A stretch of DNA of 64,000 nt from Patescibacteria group bacterium (GTDB lineage Bacteria > Patescibacteriota > Microgenomatia > UBA1400 > PJMF01). The stretch spans positions 23,739 through 87,738 of the forward strand of contig JBBDKV010000017.1 of NCBI GenBank assembly GCA_040879165.1. Reading direction: 5' to 3'. A program made the position numbers and the translations under genes. How positions within the stretch are numbered: the stretch's first letter is position 1; each line of letters opens with the position of its first letter. Below, piece by piece: positions 46,379 to 56,440 of this stretch. The notes under the pieces are model-generated. The model saw nothing but the letters and a program-made list of their open reading frames with translations. It searched no databases and was not told the origin of the DNA.

Positions 46379-47836
46379 ATGCCAACTCCTCAAGAAGTAC
46401 TGAAGCATTTTTGGCAGTACGACCATTTCCGCTCAGGACAGCTGAAAATTATTGAAGCAGCGCTCAACGGTCGCGACGTACTCGCACTACTACCAACTGG
46501 TGGTGGTAAATCTATTTGTTATCAAGTACCCGCAGTGTTGCTACCTGGTCTCACAATTGTAATCTCCCCACTTATTTCCCTGATGCAGGATCAAGTACAA
46601 AACTTGCTCTCAAGGGGCATTCCTGCAACATACCTAGCAAGCTCAGTTGACAAGCAAGAAATGTCATCACGCATGATCAAGTTACGAAACGGTGAGTATA
46701 CATTAGTCTATTTGTCGCCAGAACGTCTCAAACAAGATGCTATCCAAGCAGTATTTAAAACCCTCACAATTAGTCTGATCGTGATTGATGAAGCGCACTG
46801 TATTAGTCAGTGGGGGCATAGCTTTCGCCCGCCGTACCGAGCCATTGCTGCCAGAGTGAAGCTGATACGACCTGATACACCAATTATGGCACTGACAGCC
46901 ACAGCCACTCCTCAGACGGCACTTGATCTCATTGCCACCCTGCGACTTCAGGATCCGTATACTGAAAAATTGAGCTTTTTTCGGGACATTGCTATCCATG
47001 TCTGGAGAGCTAACCACGTAATGCACAAAGACCTGCAGTTATTGTTGTTACTGAAGCAACTAGGCAATCAACCAACAATTATCTATGCATCAACCAGGGA
47101 AAATGTCGAACTCGTAGCTCATTGGCTAAACTCCTTAAAAACTTTCCTAAAACTTTCATCAGTTGGGAAATACCATGCTGGTATGGGAGCAGATGATCGA
47201 GAAGCTGAGCAGCGTGCTTTTCTAGAAAATACAACCAAGATTATGGTTGCCACTTCTGCCTTCGGAATGGGAATAGATAAACCAGATATTACTACAGTCA
47301 TACACTATCAACTACCAGGCTCAATTGAGCAGTTTTATCAAGAAATTGGCAGAGCAGGAAGAGGCGGACAGCACTCTCAATCTCACTTATTGCTGGCTCC
47401 AAACGATTTGACAATTCAACAAGCAATGGCAACCACTCATGATAGCAAGCAAACAACTCGAAATTCGCACAAACTGCGTAGTCTGATCAATTTTACGACT
47501 CAAAACTGCTGTAGAATGCAAGGTTTATGCGCTTATTTTGGCGAACAATTAGAAACACGATGCAGCTTTTGTGACCGCTGTGATCCCAGCTTTCACTTTT
47601 ATAATCAAGATACAGATCACCTTTCCCAGCAACTTTCCCATTGGCGAACCATACTGGCAAAACACCATAACTATCATCCAGCTTCTATTCTCAACGATGC
47701 GCAGCTTCAACTAATCTCCCTACTGAAACCTACTAGTGTGCAAGAGTTTAAAAGCATCTCTCTTTTTGGCAAGCTTTGGATTGATAGATGGGGTAAAAGA
47801 TTACTTTCACAATCGTGGTACAATACTCAACATTGA
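46379..47836 (+). CDS. recQ: ATP-dependent DNA helicase RecQ
   Basis: FRSGQ at the N-terminus, Walker A PTGGGKS, DEAH box VIDEAHCISQWGHSFRP. Zn-binding Cys cluster and an HRDC-like C-terminus. Start at ATG 46379. Confidence 0.85.
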   Translation: MPTPQEVLKHFWQYDHFRSGQLKIIEAALNGRDVLALLPTGGGKSICYQVPAVLLPGLTIVISPLISLMQDQVQNLLSRGIPATYLASSVDKQEMSSRMIKLRNGEYTLVYLSPERLKQDAIQAVFKTLTISLIVIDEAHCISQWGHSFRPPYRAIAARVKLIRPDTPIMALTATATPQTALDLIATLRLQDPYTEKLSFFRDIAIHVWRANHVMHKDLQLLLLLKQLGNQPTIIYASTRENVELVAHWLNSLKTFLKLSSVGKYHAGMGADDREAEQRAFLENTTKIMVATSAFGMGIDKPDITTVIHYQLPGSIEQFYQEIGRAGRGGQHSQSHLLLAPNDLTIQQAMATTHDSKQTTRNSHKLRSLINFTTQNCCRMQGLCAYFGEQLETRCSFCDRCDPSFHFYNQDTDHLSQQLSHWRTILAKHHNYHPASILNDAQLQLISLLKPTSVQEFKSISLFGKLWIDRWGKRLLSQSWYNTQH

Positions 47837-47855
47837 CAACTTAACTGAGGATTTC

Positions 47856-48182
47856 ATGACAGTACAAGAACTCATTCAACAATATCAAGAAATTGCAAAC
47901 ACGCTTAATAAAACCTGGCCATTGGACAAGCAGCAACGAGTATTTGCCCGCACACTCAAACTCACAGAAGAAATGGGCGAACTAGCTGATGAAATTCTGA
48001 CAAGCATGAAACTACAACGGAATAGCAAAGTAAGCAACTTTACGCAAGAAAAGCTTGAAGATGAGTTTGCTGACGTATTTGCTTGTGTTGTCTTGATGGG
48101 AATTGAGCTCGATATTGATGTCGTGAAAGTGATGGAACGAAAAATCGCATCAACTAGACTTCGTTTAGAAGAAGAAAAATAA
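47856..48182 (+). CDS. MazG-like nucleotide pyrophosphohydrolase domain protein
   Basis: EEMGELADEIL...EDEFADVFACVV has the EExxE...E/D motifs of the MazG fold. Confidence 0.55.
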   Translation: MTVQELIQQYQEIANTLNKTWPLDKQQRVFARTLKLTEEMGELADEILTSMKLQRNSKVSNFTQEKLEDEFADVFACVVLMGIELDIDVVKVMERKIASTRLRLEEEK

Positions 48183-48190
48183 TTTTGTTT

Positions 48191-48772
48191 CTACAACCCT
48201 GGCACGCAGTCTTGCCACAAACCAAGACTCTGATCACGAGCAGCAGCTTGGGCAGCAAGTAAGCGATCTTCATATTTTTTATCTGGCGGATAGGTAATTT
48301 GTGTAGCGAAGCCTTGCTGCACCAACCATTCATTGACCAGTGTTTCATCTACCCAAACGTAGCGAAGCAATCTACCATAGCGATCCCGATTACTGCGATC
48401 ACGCTCCAGTCGCACAACCACACCCTCGACCCATTGACGATTTGCCTCACTTGATTCAGCAGCGTAACATTCCGCGTTACTTGCGCTACGAGAGTTTAAT
48501 TCTGGCGTATCAATTCCGATATACCGCACTCTCTCACCAGAATCCAACTCAACTGTATCGCCATCAATCACTCGCACTACTAAGGCTGACTCAGCTGCAC
48601 GATCTTCATTCAAATCCACAGCAGGTGCTGGCAACTCAGCTGCGCTCTCTAACTGATCGCGAGCCTGTCCAAACAACTCAGGAAATTCAATCAATGCGCC
48701 CCAAGTTAAAAACCAGACGATACCTGTTAAAACCGATAATTGAAAAAAACTTAGCAACTGCTTTCTACTCAT
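48191..48772 (-). CDS. Thermonuclease (SNase-like) with an N-terminal TM anchor
   Basis: VIDGDTVELDSGERVRYIGIDTPE matches the SNase active-site region. Confidence 0.8.
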   Translation of the reverse strand: MSRKQLLSFFQLSVLTGIVWFLTWGALIEFPELFGQARDQLESAAELPAPAVDLNEDRAAESALVVRVIDGDTVELDSGERVRYIGIDTPELNSRSASNAECYAAESSEANRQWVEGVVVRLERDRSNRDRYGRLLRYVWVDETLVNEWLVQQGFATQITYPPDKKYEDRLLAAQAAARDQSLGLWQDCVPGL

Positions 48773-48780
48773 GTCAGCAG

Positions 48781-50592
48781 TTATAACACCTTCTTCTGGT
48801 ACAAGTCACCATCCTCAAAGCCACGCTTGCGGTAGTATTCTCGAGTACCAATTGCAGAAATAACTGCTAAGCTATCAAAGCCCGCAGCTCTACTCAAGAC
48901 TTCGGCTTCTTGTAATAAACGGGTACCAAATCCAGCATGCTGAGATTTACCCAATGCTGATTTTCCTAGTTGCGCCAACTTGCCATAGACGTGAACTTCT
49001 CGGATAATAGCCGTGTTTTCAAGCTCAGTAACGAAACCAGGCTCAGTTGGCAAACTTAATCGCAAAAATGCCACCAACTTGTCGTCTTCAGTCACAAATT
49101 CTAGGAATTTCTCAGTGCTTGAACTTGTTTGGTAGTCATAGCATCTTAGTGAAACTTGTCCTGGATTCACAACCAGATCTCTTACCTCACGAGCGCGGAT
49201 GTCTCGAGAAGTAAAGCCCTTTTTAGCCAGTGACTGCTCAGCAATTTGACGAAAATTAGTCAGCTTATTGCCTTCCACAATATCAGTGGATGGAATATCG
49301 CGAATCACTCGGGTCAAACGACAATATTCTGGAGTCACCTCAAAAGCGTGCTCCAACACCGAAAGTAATTCCTCATAGGTATAGGTCTGCCACTTGCCCT
49401 CTTTGTGATACTGCATCAATTCAGCAGTACCAATCAAGGAACAAGGGTACACCTTCAACTCGTCAGGCCTGAAGTCTGGATCTGAAAATAGTAGCTGGTA
49501 ATCTTTCTTATCAGCTTCCACACTGGAGCCGTACAAGTTAGCCATCCAGTGAGCGTGAATTTTAAAACCGGCTTGACGCAGCAGCTTGATTGCTCGACGA
49601 GAAGACGCAACATCGTGACCGCGTTTATTTTTCTCAAGCACGCTATCCTGCAAACTCTGCAAACCTATTTGTGTTTTCGTGCAGCCTAAACGACGAATAC
49701 GCAACACTTCAGCCTTAGAAATATTATCTGGCCTCGTCTCAATCACGAGCCCAACACAACGAACATTCGCCGACTCATTCAAATCCTGCTGTGCTTTCAA
49801 CTCTGACCACTCAGCCTGTTGATACAAATGAAAACCACCCGTAATTTCTGGTGCGACATAGAGTTCAGAAACCGTATGATTGTAGGTTTTATCAATTTTG
49901 ACTCCATTGATTTGATGTTGCTGGAAGGCCTTTTTATTCTCCATCGGATCGTTACTCATGCTAATAGTTTTATTTTTTTTCAGTGCTGCGCGCATTTCGT
50001 CATACCGTATCAATACCTGAGAGCGCTCATCACGCTTGCCAAAGTCATTCAGTGCACGAAAACATTCCTCGATAAACCAAATCTGATACGCTTCCGGATA
50101 ATACGACCAAGTACCACCCAGCACGATAATTTCCACTTTATCAACATCATGACCAATGTTTTGCAACGCTTGCAATCGATTGTAAGTCTGCAAATAGGGA
50201 TCAAAATAATTTCGCTCGGCACGCTGCGCGCCGGGCTCATCCGCCAAATAACTCTTGGGCATCCGAATATCATTCGGACAAAAAATACATTTGCCTGGGC
50301 AGGGAAACGGTTTAGTGAGCACTGTCACTGGTGCCACACCAGACATCGTTCTCATTGGCTTCATCTTAATTCTATCCAACAGATCTGAGCCCAAATCCGC
50401 GCGTTTTTTTTCAGTCAATCCACGATACACAGAAACCAGCTGGTTTTTGGTGAAAAACGAGCCATCAGCTTTGGGAAACTGCTTTAATAACTGAAAATAA
50501 CGTCTTTTCTTGAACGGCTGCTCAACTGCTAAAACCTTTAGCATCGCTAGTCCCTGTGCCGCATCCTGATTAGATAGCTTGGTATATATCAT
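48781..50592 (-). CDS. Elp3-like radical SAM / GNAT acetyltransferase (tRNA wobble-uridine modification family)
   Basis: CPGKCIFCPN radical-SAM cysteine motif. C-terminal GNAT fold (GFGTRLLQEAEVLSRAAGF...YYRKRGF). 603 aa. Confidence 0.7.
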   Translation of the reverse strand: MIYTKLSNQDAAQGLAMLKVLAVEQPFKKRRYFQLLKQFPKADGSFFTKNQLVSVYRGLTEKKRADLGSDLLDRIKMKPMRTMSGVAPVTVLTKPFPCPGKCIFCPNDIRMPKSYLADEPGAQRAERNYFDPYLQTYNRLQALQNIGHDVDKVEIIVLGGTWSYYPEAYQIWFIEECFRALNDFGKRDERSQVLIRYDEMRAALKKNKTISMSNDPMENKKAFQQHQINGVKIDKTYNHTVSELYVAPEITGGFHLYQQAEWSELKAQQDLNESANVRCVGLVIETRPDNISKAEVLRIRRLGCTKTQIGLQSLQDSVLEKNKRGHDVASSRRAIKLLRQAGFKIHAHWMANLYGSSVEADKKDYQLLFSDPDFRPDELKVYPCSLIGTAELMQYHKEGKWQTYTYEELLSVLEHAFEVTPEYCRLTRVIRDIPSTDIVEGNKLTNFRQIAEQSLAKKGFTSRDIRAREVRDLVVNPGQVSLRCYDYQTSSSTEKFLEFVTEDDKLVAFLRLSLPTEPGFVTELENTAIIREVHVYGKLAQLGKSALGKSQHAGFGTRLLQEAEVLSRAAGFDSLAVISAIGTREYYRKRGFEDGDLYQKKVL

Positions 50593-50717
50593 GCAACTAT
50601 ATTATACGCTGCCTGGCAAGAAAAAATCGGGTACAATAGTGGGTAACAAAGCTCACCAATTTTCAGTTCCATATCTGGCACTTTTCGCCAGAAAAGTGCC
50701 AGCAATCTGCAAAAACC

Positions 50718-51488
50718 ATGAAAACGGCAACCGCTATCAAACTCAACCAGCTCAATCAGCACTTCTATAAAAAAGTGGCTGAACACTTCCACACTTCACG
50801 CCAATTTTATTGGCATGGCTGGCGACAGCTGTTGCCGCACATTAAAAACAATCTCAATTCCAAGACTCAACTAAAAGTGCTCGATGTGGGATGCGGTAAC
50901 GGCAGATTTGGCAAGTTTCTTTTTGACACATTGCCCGAACAAGACATCATCTATCACGGTATCGACTTTAATCAGTCGCTACTCGAACACGCACAACAAA
51001 ATCTCAAAAAAACTACACTAACGTTTGAACTGCATCAGCTTGATCTGGTTGAAAAACTTATTTCAGACACACTTTTCTCTACAAAAGTGAAAAAATACGA
51101 CCTCATTGTGTTGTTTGGTGTCCTGCATCACATTCCTAGCTACCAGCTGCGCAAACAACTTGTCCAGAATCTTTCAGCACAAGTAGCTGAGACAGGAATA
51201 CTCTGCTGCACACTCTGGAGATTTATCAATCCTGACAATGAAAAGAGCACCGCCACAGTTGACTCGTCCCAGGTAAATATAGACCAAAACGAACTAGAGC
51301 CACATGATTATTTTATACCTTGGAAGCGGGGAGTGCCTGCCATTCGCTACTGTCATTTTACTCCTGATTTTGAAGAGCGTCGACTCATTACGGCTTCTGG
51401 ATTAAAGCTGAGGGCAACCTTTGAAGCAGACGGTAAAGAGAGTAAAGGCAATCGCTACTTAATCTTGCAAAATGACAACGAAAGATAG
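50718..51488 (+). CDS. Class I SAM-dependent methyltransferase
   Basis: Motif I VLDVGCGNGRFG. Confidence 0.75.
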   Translation: MKTATAIKLNQLNQHFYKKVAEHFHTSRQFYWHGWRQLLPHIKNNLNSKTQLKVLDVGCGNGRFGKFLFDTLPEQDIIYHGIDFNQSLLEHAQQNLKKTTLTFELHQLDLVEKLISDTLFSTKVKKYDLIVLFGVLHHIPSYQLRKQLVQNLSAQVAETGILCCTLWRFINPDNEKSTATVDSSQVNIDQNELEPHDYFIPWKRGVPAIRYCHFTPDFEERRLITASGLKLRATFEADGKESKGNRYLILQNDNER

Positions 51489-51503
51489 CGTATAATCACC
51501 CAA

Positions 51504-53051
51504 ATGCAGTTATTTTTAGCACTTCTACTCATTATTCTATCTTTGACTGGTATTGTTGATGCTAGTTACATAACCTACCAAGATCTTACCAATCAAATTC
51601 CACCATGCAGCGAAGAATTTCAATGTGAAAAAGTCTTAACAAGTGAGTATGCTGCCATCGGACCGATTCCGGTATCCGGCTTGGGTATAGTCTATTACCT
51701 AGCTGCTTTTATCTTGGCAATCTTTCATTACTTACAGCTTGATCTCAAAAAATTGCCACTCCTGCGCCAGCTACCATATCCAGTCCGAGCACTTGACGGC
51801 TTGTTAGTGGTAACGGCCACTGGCTTTCTTTTCTCGATCTACCTGGTCGTATTGATGGCATTCATTATACAAGGCTGGTGTTTATACTGCCTGATTTCTG
51901 CGGGCATTTCCACTGCTCTGTTTATCATCACACAACTGTATAACTGGCTATATAGCTCTCATTCCAGTTTTCCAATCAAGGACTGTTGGTATCGACTGAG
52001 CCATTGGGGCTACAAAACACTCAGTAAACCATTACTTTTTTTACTCAATCCAGACCGCGTTCACCACGCCGTTCTAGCACTTTCTCCCCACCTCTCCGCA
52101 CAAGGAGTGTTCAAACAAAAACTGCGTTGGTTCTATCATTTTAAGCACCCAAGCCTTCAGCAATCGCTGGCAGGCATTCCTTTTGCTAATCCAGTAGGCT
52201 TACCTGCGGGGTATGACTACAATGGCGACCTAACTGACCTGACCCCCGAACTGGGATATGGCTGGCACACCGTGGGAACTGTTACGTTTCAACCTTATCA
52301 GGGAAATAAGCCACCCTTTTATACTCGATTACCTCAGAGTGAGGGCTTAATCGTCAATAAAGGGCTCAAGAATGACGGTGCAAAAGCAATAGCTCAAAAA
52401 TTAGCTGGCAAGCCCTTCAAAATCCCCACTGGCATTAGCATCGCCAGCACCAATACATCATTTCAAAGCACCAAAGAACAAATACTCGATATTCTCCAAA
52501 GCTTTATTATTTTTGAAACTTCCTCCGTACAACACAGCTATTATGAATTAAACATCAGCTGCCCCAATGTTTTTGGCGGCGAGCCATTTACCACGCCTCA
52601 GCGACTAGAGTCTCTCTTATCAGCACTAGACAAACTCTATCTTTCCAAGCCCACTTTTATAAAAATGCCAATTGATCAATCCACCCAAGAAACTGAAGCT
52701 CTACTTAAAACCATTACAAACCACCAGGTTGCAGGTGTCATTTTCGGCAACTTAACCAAGGATAAAAACAATGCAGCAATTACCCAGCAGGAGCGAAAAA
52801 TCTGGGCAAATAGTGCAGGCAACGTCAGTGGCAAAGCAACTTTTGAACGCTCCAATCAATTGCTTTCCCTAGCTAAAAAAACACTGCCTCCTGGAATGGT
52901 CATTATCGGCACTGGAGGAATTTTTACCCCAGCAGATGCAGACAGAAAAATATCACTCGGAGCTGATTTAGTGCAACTGATCACGGGCAGCATCTTTGAA
53001 GGACCGCAGTTAGTCGCTCAGATCAATTTGTCGCTAGCCGCTAAAAACTAG
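51504..53051 (+). CDS. pyrD: VKOR-domain / dihydroorotate dehydrogenase (quinone-type architecture) fusion protein
   Basis: VKOR hallmarks occupy the N-terminal 150 aa: loop Cys pair [11 protein letters not shown] and TM Cxx[18 protein letters not shown] domain follows ([44 protein letters not shown]). Confidence 0.75.
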   Translation: MQLFLALLLIILSLTGIVDASYITYQDLTNQIPPCSEEFQCEKVLTSEYAAIGPIPVSGLGIVYYLAAFILAIFHYLQLDLKKLPLLRQLPYPVRALDGLLVVTATGFLFSIYLVVLMAFIIQGWCLYCLISAGISTALFIITQLYNWLYSSHSSFPIKDCWYRLSHWGYKTLSKPLLFLLNPDRVHHAVLALSPHLSAQGVFKQKLRWFYHFKHPSLQQSLAGIPFANPVGLPAGYDYNGDLTDLTPELGYGWHTVGTVTFQPYQGNKPPFYTRLPQSEGLIVNKGLKNDGAKAIAQKLAGKPFKIPTGISIASTNTSFQSTKEQILDILQSFIIFETSSVQHSYYELNISCPNVFGGEPFTTPQRLESLLSALDKLYLSKPTFIKMPIDQSTQETEALLKTITNHQVAGVIFGNLTKDKNNAAITQQERKIWANSAGNVSGKATFERSNQLLSLAKKTLPPGMVIIGTGGIFTPADADRKISLGADLVQLITGSIFEGPQLVAQINLSLAAKN

Positions 53052-53572
53052 ACTAATGACTCAACAAACGCGCCTAAGAAGTAGGCTACAAATGCAGCAA
53101 TCGCTCCAATGCTCAACATTTCAAAACCATACTTTAACCAATTGCCTGGAGTCACCAATACCCGCAGACTACCCACTAAAAAGAGGGCGCACCCCGTTGC
53201 TAATACTGATAACGGAAACTGCCAAGTTGCGGAAACTTGATTACCAGTAAGTTGAATCACGTATGGCAATAAAGGTAGTGAGCCGGCGAGCATAAAACTC
53301 ACAAAAGTAATGACGCTCGTTTCCATTGAGCGAATTTTTGGTGACATAGTACCAGATTTTTTGAGACGTTCAGCTGAGCGCTCTCCCAGATAATCACCAA
53401 CCGCCATACTCATCGCGTCAGCCACCATGCTAGCAATTCCTAAAATAATGATAACGCGCGCACTCAAACCAGCGCCAACCGCACCAGCCACTACCGCGAA
53501 GGTCGTAATAATACCATCATTAGCACCAAGCACCATGGCCTTGACTTTTTTTGCTGAAAGCAGTTGAAACAT
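53048..53572 (-). CDS. VIT1/CCC1 family iron/manganese transporter
   Basis: [15 protein letters not shown] signature. 174 aa with a multi-TM C-terminus. Confidence 0.7.
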   Translation of the reverse strand: MFQLLSAKKVKAMVLGANDGIITTFAVVAGAVGAGLSARVIIILGIASMVADAMSMAVGDYLGERSAERLKKSGTMSPKIRSMETSVITFVSFMLAGSLPLLPYVIQLTGNQVSATWQFPLSVLATGCALFLVGSLRVLVTPGNWLKYGFEMLSIGAIAAFVAYFLGAFVESLV

Positions 53573-53738
53573 GTAATTATACTACCATGTACGCAAGTAA
53601 TTTTTATCATGAAAGTGTCTGCTATACAGAAATTGCTACATTTTCCAGGCACTTCAAAAAATACTGTTTTCTGTGTACAATATCAGTTCTGTATCTCGAG
53701 AAATAGCACATCGCTCTCTCAAGCAAGCAGCCCACATT

Positions 53739-53809
53739 CTGCCCCGTCGTCCAATGGCAGGACAGCGGCCTTTGAAGCCGTTAATCTAGGTTCGAATCCT
53801 AGCGGGGCA
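53739..53809 (+). tRNA. tRNA-Gln (TTG)
   Basis: U1-A72 acceptor TGCCCCG/CGGGGCA. D-arm GTCC-AATGGCA-GGAC. Anticodon stem GCGGC/GCCGT with loop CTTTGAA. T-arm CTAGG-TTCGAAT-CCTAG. Confidence 0.8.
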
Positions 53810-53926
53810 TCATACAGAATAACTGGCTCAAGCCAGTTTTTCTGTATTTGTCCCCAGATAGAGGCGGGGCTGTTGCGCCGTCGAGATGCGCAGCATCCCG
53901 AGTAGTGCTGGGAGCGAAGCGAACAG

Positions 53927-54022
53927 TGAATCCTAGCGGGGCATCAGTGAACGCAGTGAACTGAGATTTCGCGTAGGATGAGAAGTTTACCCCACTATGG
54001 CGGGGAATCCTAGCGGAGCATC
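53927..54022 (+). repeat. Two partial direct copies of the tRNA-Gln 3' end, the second preceded by GAGAAGTTTACCCC + a CCCCAC-TATG-GCGGGG hairpin
   Basis: gaatcctagcggggcatca (53927-53945) and aatcctagcggagcatca (54005-54022) repeat tRNA 53791-53809. The leader gagaagtttacccc (53979-53992) is identical to the one at 41282-41295. Confidence 0.6.
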
Positions 54023-54032
54023 AGATAATAAA

Positions 54033-54058
54033 AACCAGCTTGGACTGGTTTTTTTGTA
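54033..54058 (+). terminator. Rho-independent terminator-like hairpin
   Basis: ccagcttggactgg followed by ttttttt. Confidence 0.5.
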
Positions 54059-54105
54059 TTGGCACATCTGGTAATTGGACTGTAACTTTTGTGTTAGTAT
54101 GAAAT

Positions 54106-54525
54106 ATGGCTTTTTTGTCTGATAAAACGTGGGAAAGACACGCTAATCCTTGGAGTGGCTGGACAAGAGTAGTATCGATGCCACTTCTCATGTTGGGATT
54201 ATACTTTCAAAATATTTGGATACTGATTGGCGTTGTCTTATGGACAATAATAAATCCCATGCTATTTCCAAAACCCAAGAGTACACAAAATTGGATGAGT
54301 AAAGGAGTGCTTGGAGAAAAATTGTATTACAAGGATGGAAAAAAGTTAAAAAATGACTTGCCTTCACTACTTAATTTAGTCAATGTACCTGTGTTTTTAC
54401 TTTTTCTCTACTTTGGATGGCAACAGCAGCTTGCACCAATGATTCTTTCTGGACTACTGACATCGGTTATAAAATTTTGGTTCATTGACAGAATGGTTCT
54501 TTTCTATGACCAACATCACTCATGA
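54106..54525 (+). CDS. Hypothetical small membrane protein (about four TM)
   Basis: 139 aa, hydrophobic segments. Confidence 0.4.
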   Translation: MAFLSDKTWERHANPWSGWTRVVSMPLLMLGLYFQNIWILIGVVLWTIINPMLFPKPKSTQNWMSKGVLGEKLYYKDGKKLKNDLPSLLNLVNVPVFLLFLYFGWQQQLAPMILSGLLTSVIKFWFIDRMVLFYDQHHS

Positions 54526-54607
54526 TCCTGATGCGCATGCACTTACTTCCACCAGGTGCTTGATTTCTCCTGACCAATAGAGGTATCCTTGTGTAGAACT
54601 AAAAAAC

Positions 54608-54925
54608 ATGGAGGCTTTTATGAACCACAAATTAATTGCAATTAGTCTAATTTTTGTTTGTTTTGTTGCCGCCTTCGCTTACTGGGATAGCGTCTTTACT
54701 GTTTTTATGCCAGAAAAGGGAGTAGAGCAAACAGAATCAACTGAGCTGCAAGTTGAAGCCTCGCTCTGTGCTGCTACCCCAGATAGTGAGTGTTGCCTAG
54801 AATCCGAATCAACTGTTCTTGAGAATGGCTACATGCTCGCTGATGCTGGTAATTGCCCTGAAGGACACACCTCAAACCAACTCCGCTGCACAGAAAGCTT
54901 GGTGTGGTGTGAGCCTGCTATATAG
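54608..54925 (+). CDS. Small secreted or membrane-anchored Cys-rich protein
   Basis: An N-terminal hydrophobic signal/anchor. Seven Cys in the C-terminal 55 aa (CAATPDSECCLE...NCPEGH...LRCTESLVWC). Confidence 0.4.
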   Translation: MEAFMNHKLIAISLIFVCFVAAFAYWDSVFTVFMPEKGVEQTESTELQVEASLCAATPDSECCLESESTVLENGYMLADAGNCPEGHTSNQLRCTESLVWCEPAI

Positions 54926-55070
54926 ATTTCAACCAATAGTGGGATAGATCCTTGATACAGGTTGGGAGTTGTAACCAACCCTACATCCTTCTAACAAAGT
55001 GACATATCCAGCTAGCTGGACAGCATGGATTTTGCTAGACTGAGTAAAGTTTTTACTATTTCTGCCCACA

Positions 55071-56372
55071 ATGTCTAATCCTCACCAACAACAGTCGCAA
55101 CATCCAGGTCAAACACAAACAAACCAACATCCAATAGGTCATCATGCGCCCAGACCAGACGCCCCACATCCTCAGCAGCAACATCCATACACCCACAGCA
55201 GTCATACGTATCATGTAACTGAAGAAGTCAATGCAAAAAAAGAATCTGCTTTCTTTGCGTTTTTTGAACACCACCGGGTATTGATTCCCTTGATTGCTTT
55301 ACTCGCTATAGTGGTCAGTATTTTTTTCGCGATGCAGTACTCTCAAACCATAGGCTCTCAGGTGACGCGCTGGCTTGGTTTTACGCCCAATACACAATCC
55401 AGTGAAGTAGGTGTCAATCAAGAGTTTTCATTTCCCGATACGGGCATTATTTTTTCAAGCAATCAACTGACACTAGTGTACTCATCGGTCGATCAAAATA
55501 TTACAGAAGTTTTCAGCCCGTCTTTTACTCAACTGAGTAACCAATCAAGTATTCAGAGCAACCCCACAAAGACTCACTTTTTACTAAGCGATTATCAACT
55601 CAATACACTCGAACTATACGATTCTCAGTCTGGAAATGCGATAAAAATATCAGATCAATTAAAAAACCTCTACACAAATTTTCAAATACTCGACTCACAA
55701 ATCCACCAGCGCGAAGAGGCGATCGTTGCGCTCGCTCTCATTAAAATAGAAGAATTGAATGTACCCATCACACTTCTAGTCGAATACAATGCACAAACCA
55801 AGCAACTCAAAGACGCACGCTTAAATACTGGTGAAAATCCAAAAATAATCTGGATACATCCCACTAATAATGCGGTCTACCTCACTTCTTACATTTCAAA
55901 TACGGTGGAGCTTCTTACCACAGTAGATCAAAGACAGCGTCAAACTAACACCAGACTACCATACACTTTTTTGGGCAAATCATCTCCGCAAGGATTGCAA
56001 ATAGTTGAGGATGGTCAGAATCTTACTATCACCCAGATCTTCAATCCCACCCAAACACAATCCAGCCTGGCTATTGACCAAAGTGCAGGCAAAATACTAG
56101 AAACTATCTGGCATCAAGATGGCAATCGCGTATCAGTATTACTGGAGCAGGGTAGGTCAAAAAAAATCTTGACGTTCTCACTAAGTGGGCAGCTCAATTG
56201 TGAATCTGCTAATCTGGATTTTATTGATTATGTGGTTGCGCAACATACCAATCAAGTAGCACTACTGTTTGAAGAAAATAGAACTCAATTATTAGATCTC
56301 GCTACTTGTCAAAATAATTCTTTATTCTCATATAGTGACCTGCCGATTACTAAACTTCTGGGATGGTATTAG
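55071..56372 (+). CDS. Hypothetical membrane-anchored protein with a His/Gln-rich N-terminal low-complexity region
   Basis: 433 aa. The N-terminal 50 aa are QQSQHPGQTQTNQHPIGHHAPRP..., followed by one TM and an extracytoplasmic domain. Confidence 0.45.
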   Translation: MSNPHQQQSQHPGQTQTNQHPIGHHAPRPDAPHPQQQHPYTHSSHTYHVTEEVNAKKESAFFAFFEHHRVLIPLIALLAIVVSIFFAMQYSQTIGSQVTRWLGFTPNTQSSEVGVNQEFSFPDTGIIFSSNQLTLVYSSVDQNITEVFSPSFTQLSNQSSIQSNPTKTHFLLSDYQLNTLELYDSQSGNAIKISDQLKNLYTNFQILDSQIHQREEAIVALALIKIEELNVPITLLVEYNAQTKQLKDARLNTGENPKIIWIHPTNNAVYLTSYISNTVELLTTVDQRQRQTNTRLPYTFLGKSSPQGLQIVEDGQNLTITQIFNPTQTQSSLAIDQSAGKILETIWHQDGNRVSVLLEQGRSKKILTFSLSGQLNCESANLDFIDYVVAQHTNQVALLFEENRTQLLDLATCQNNSLFSYSDLPITKLLGWY

Positions 56373-56440
56373 TACGTACTGGTGAAACTGTAGAGAAAGT
56401 CGTACTTGCAAAGCAAAATGTATTTTGAAATACTGACTGT

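Noticed and set aside
53820-54060. Repeat-spacer-like periodicity downstream of tRNA-Gln considered as a CRISPR array
   Set aside because: The repeats are copies of the tRNA-Gln 3' end with irregular spacing (118 and 78 bp) and only two units. There are no cas genes. This is att-like duplication, not CRISPR.
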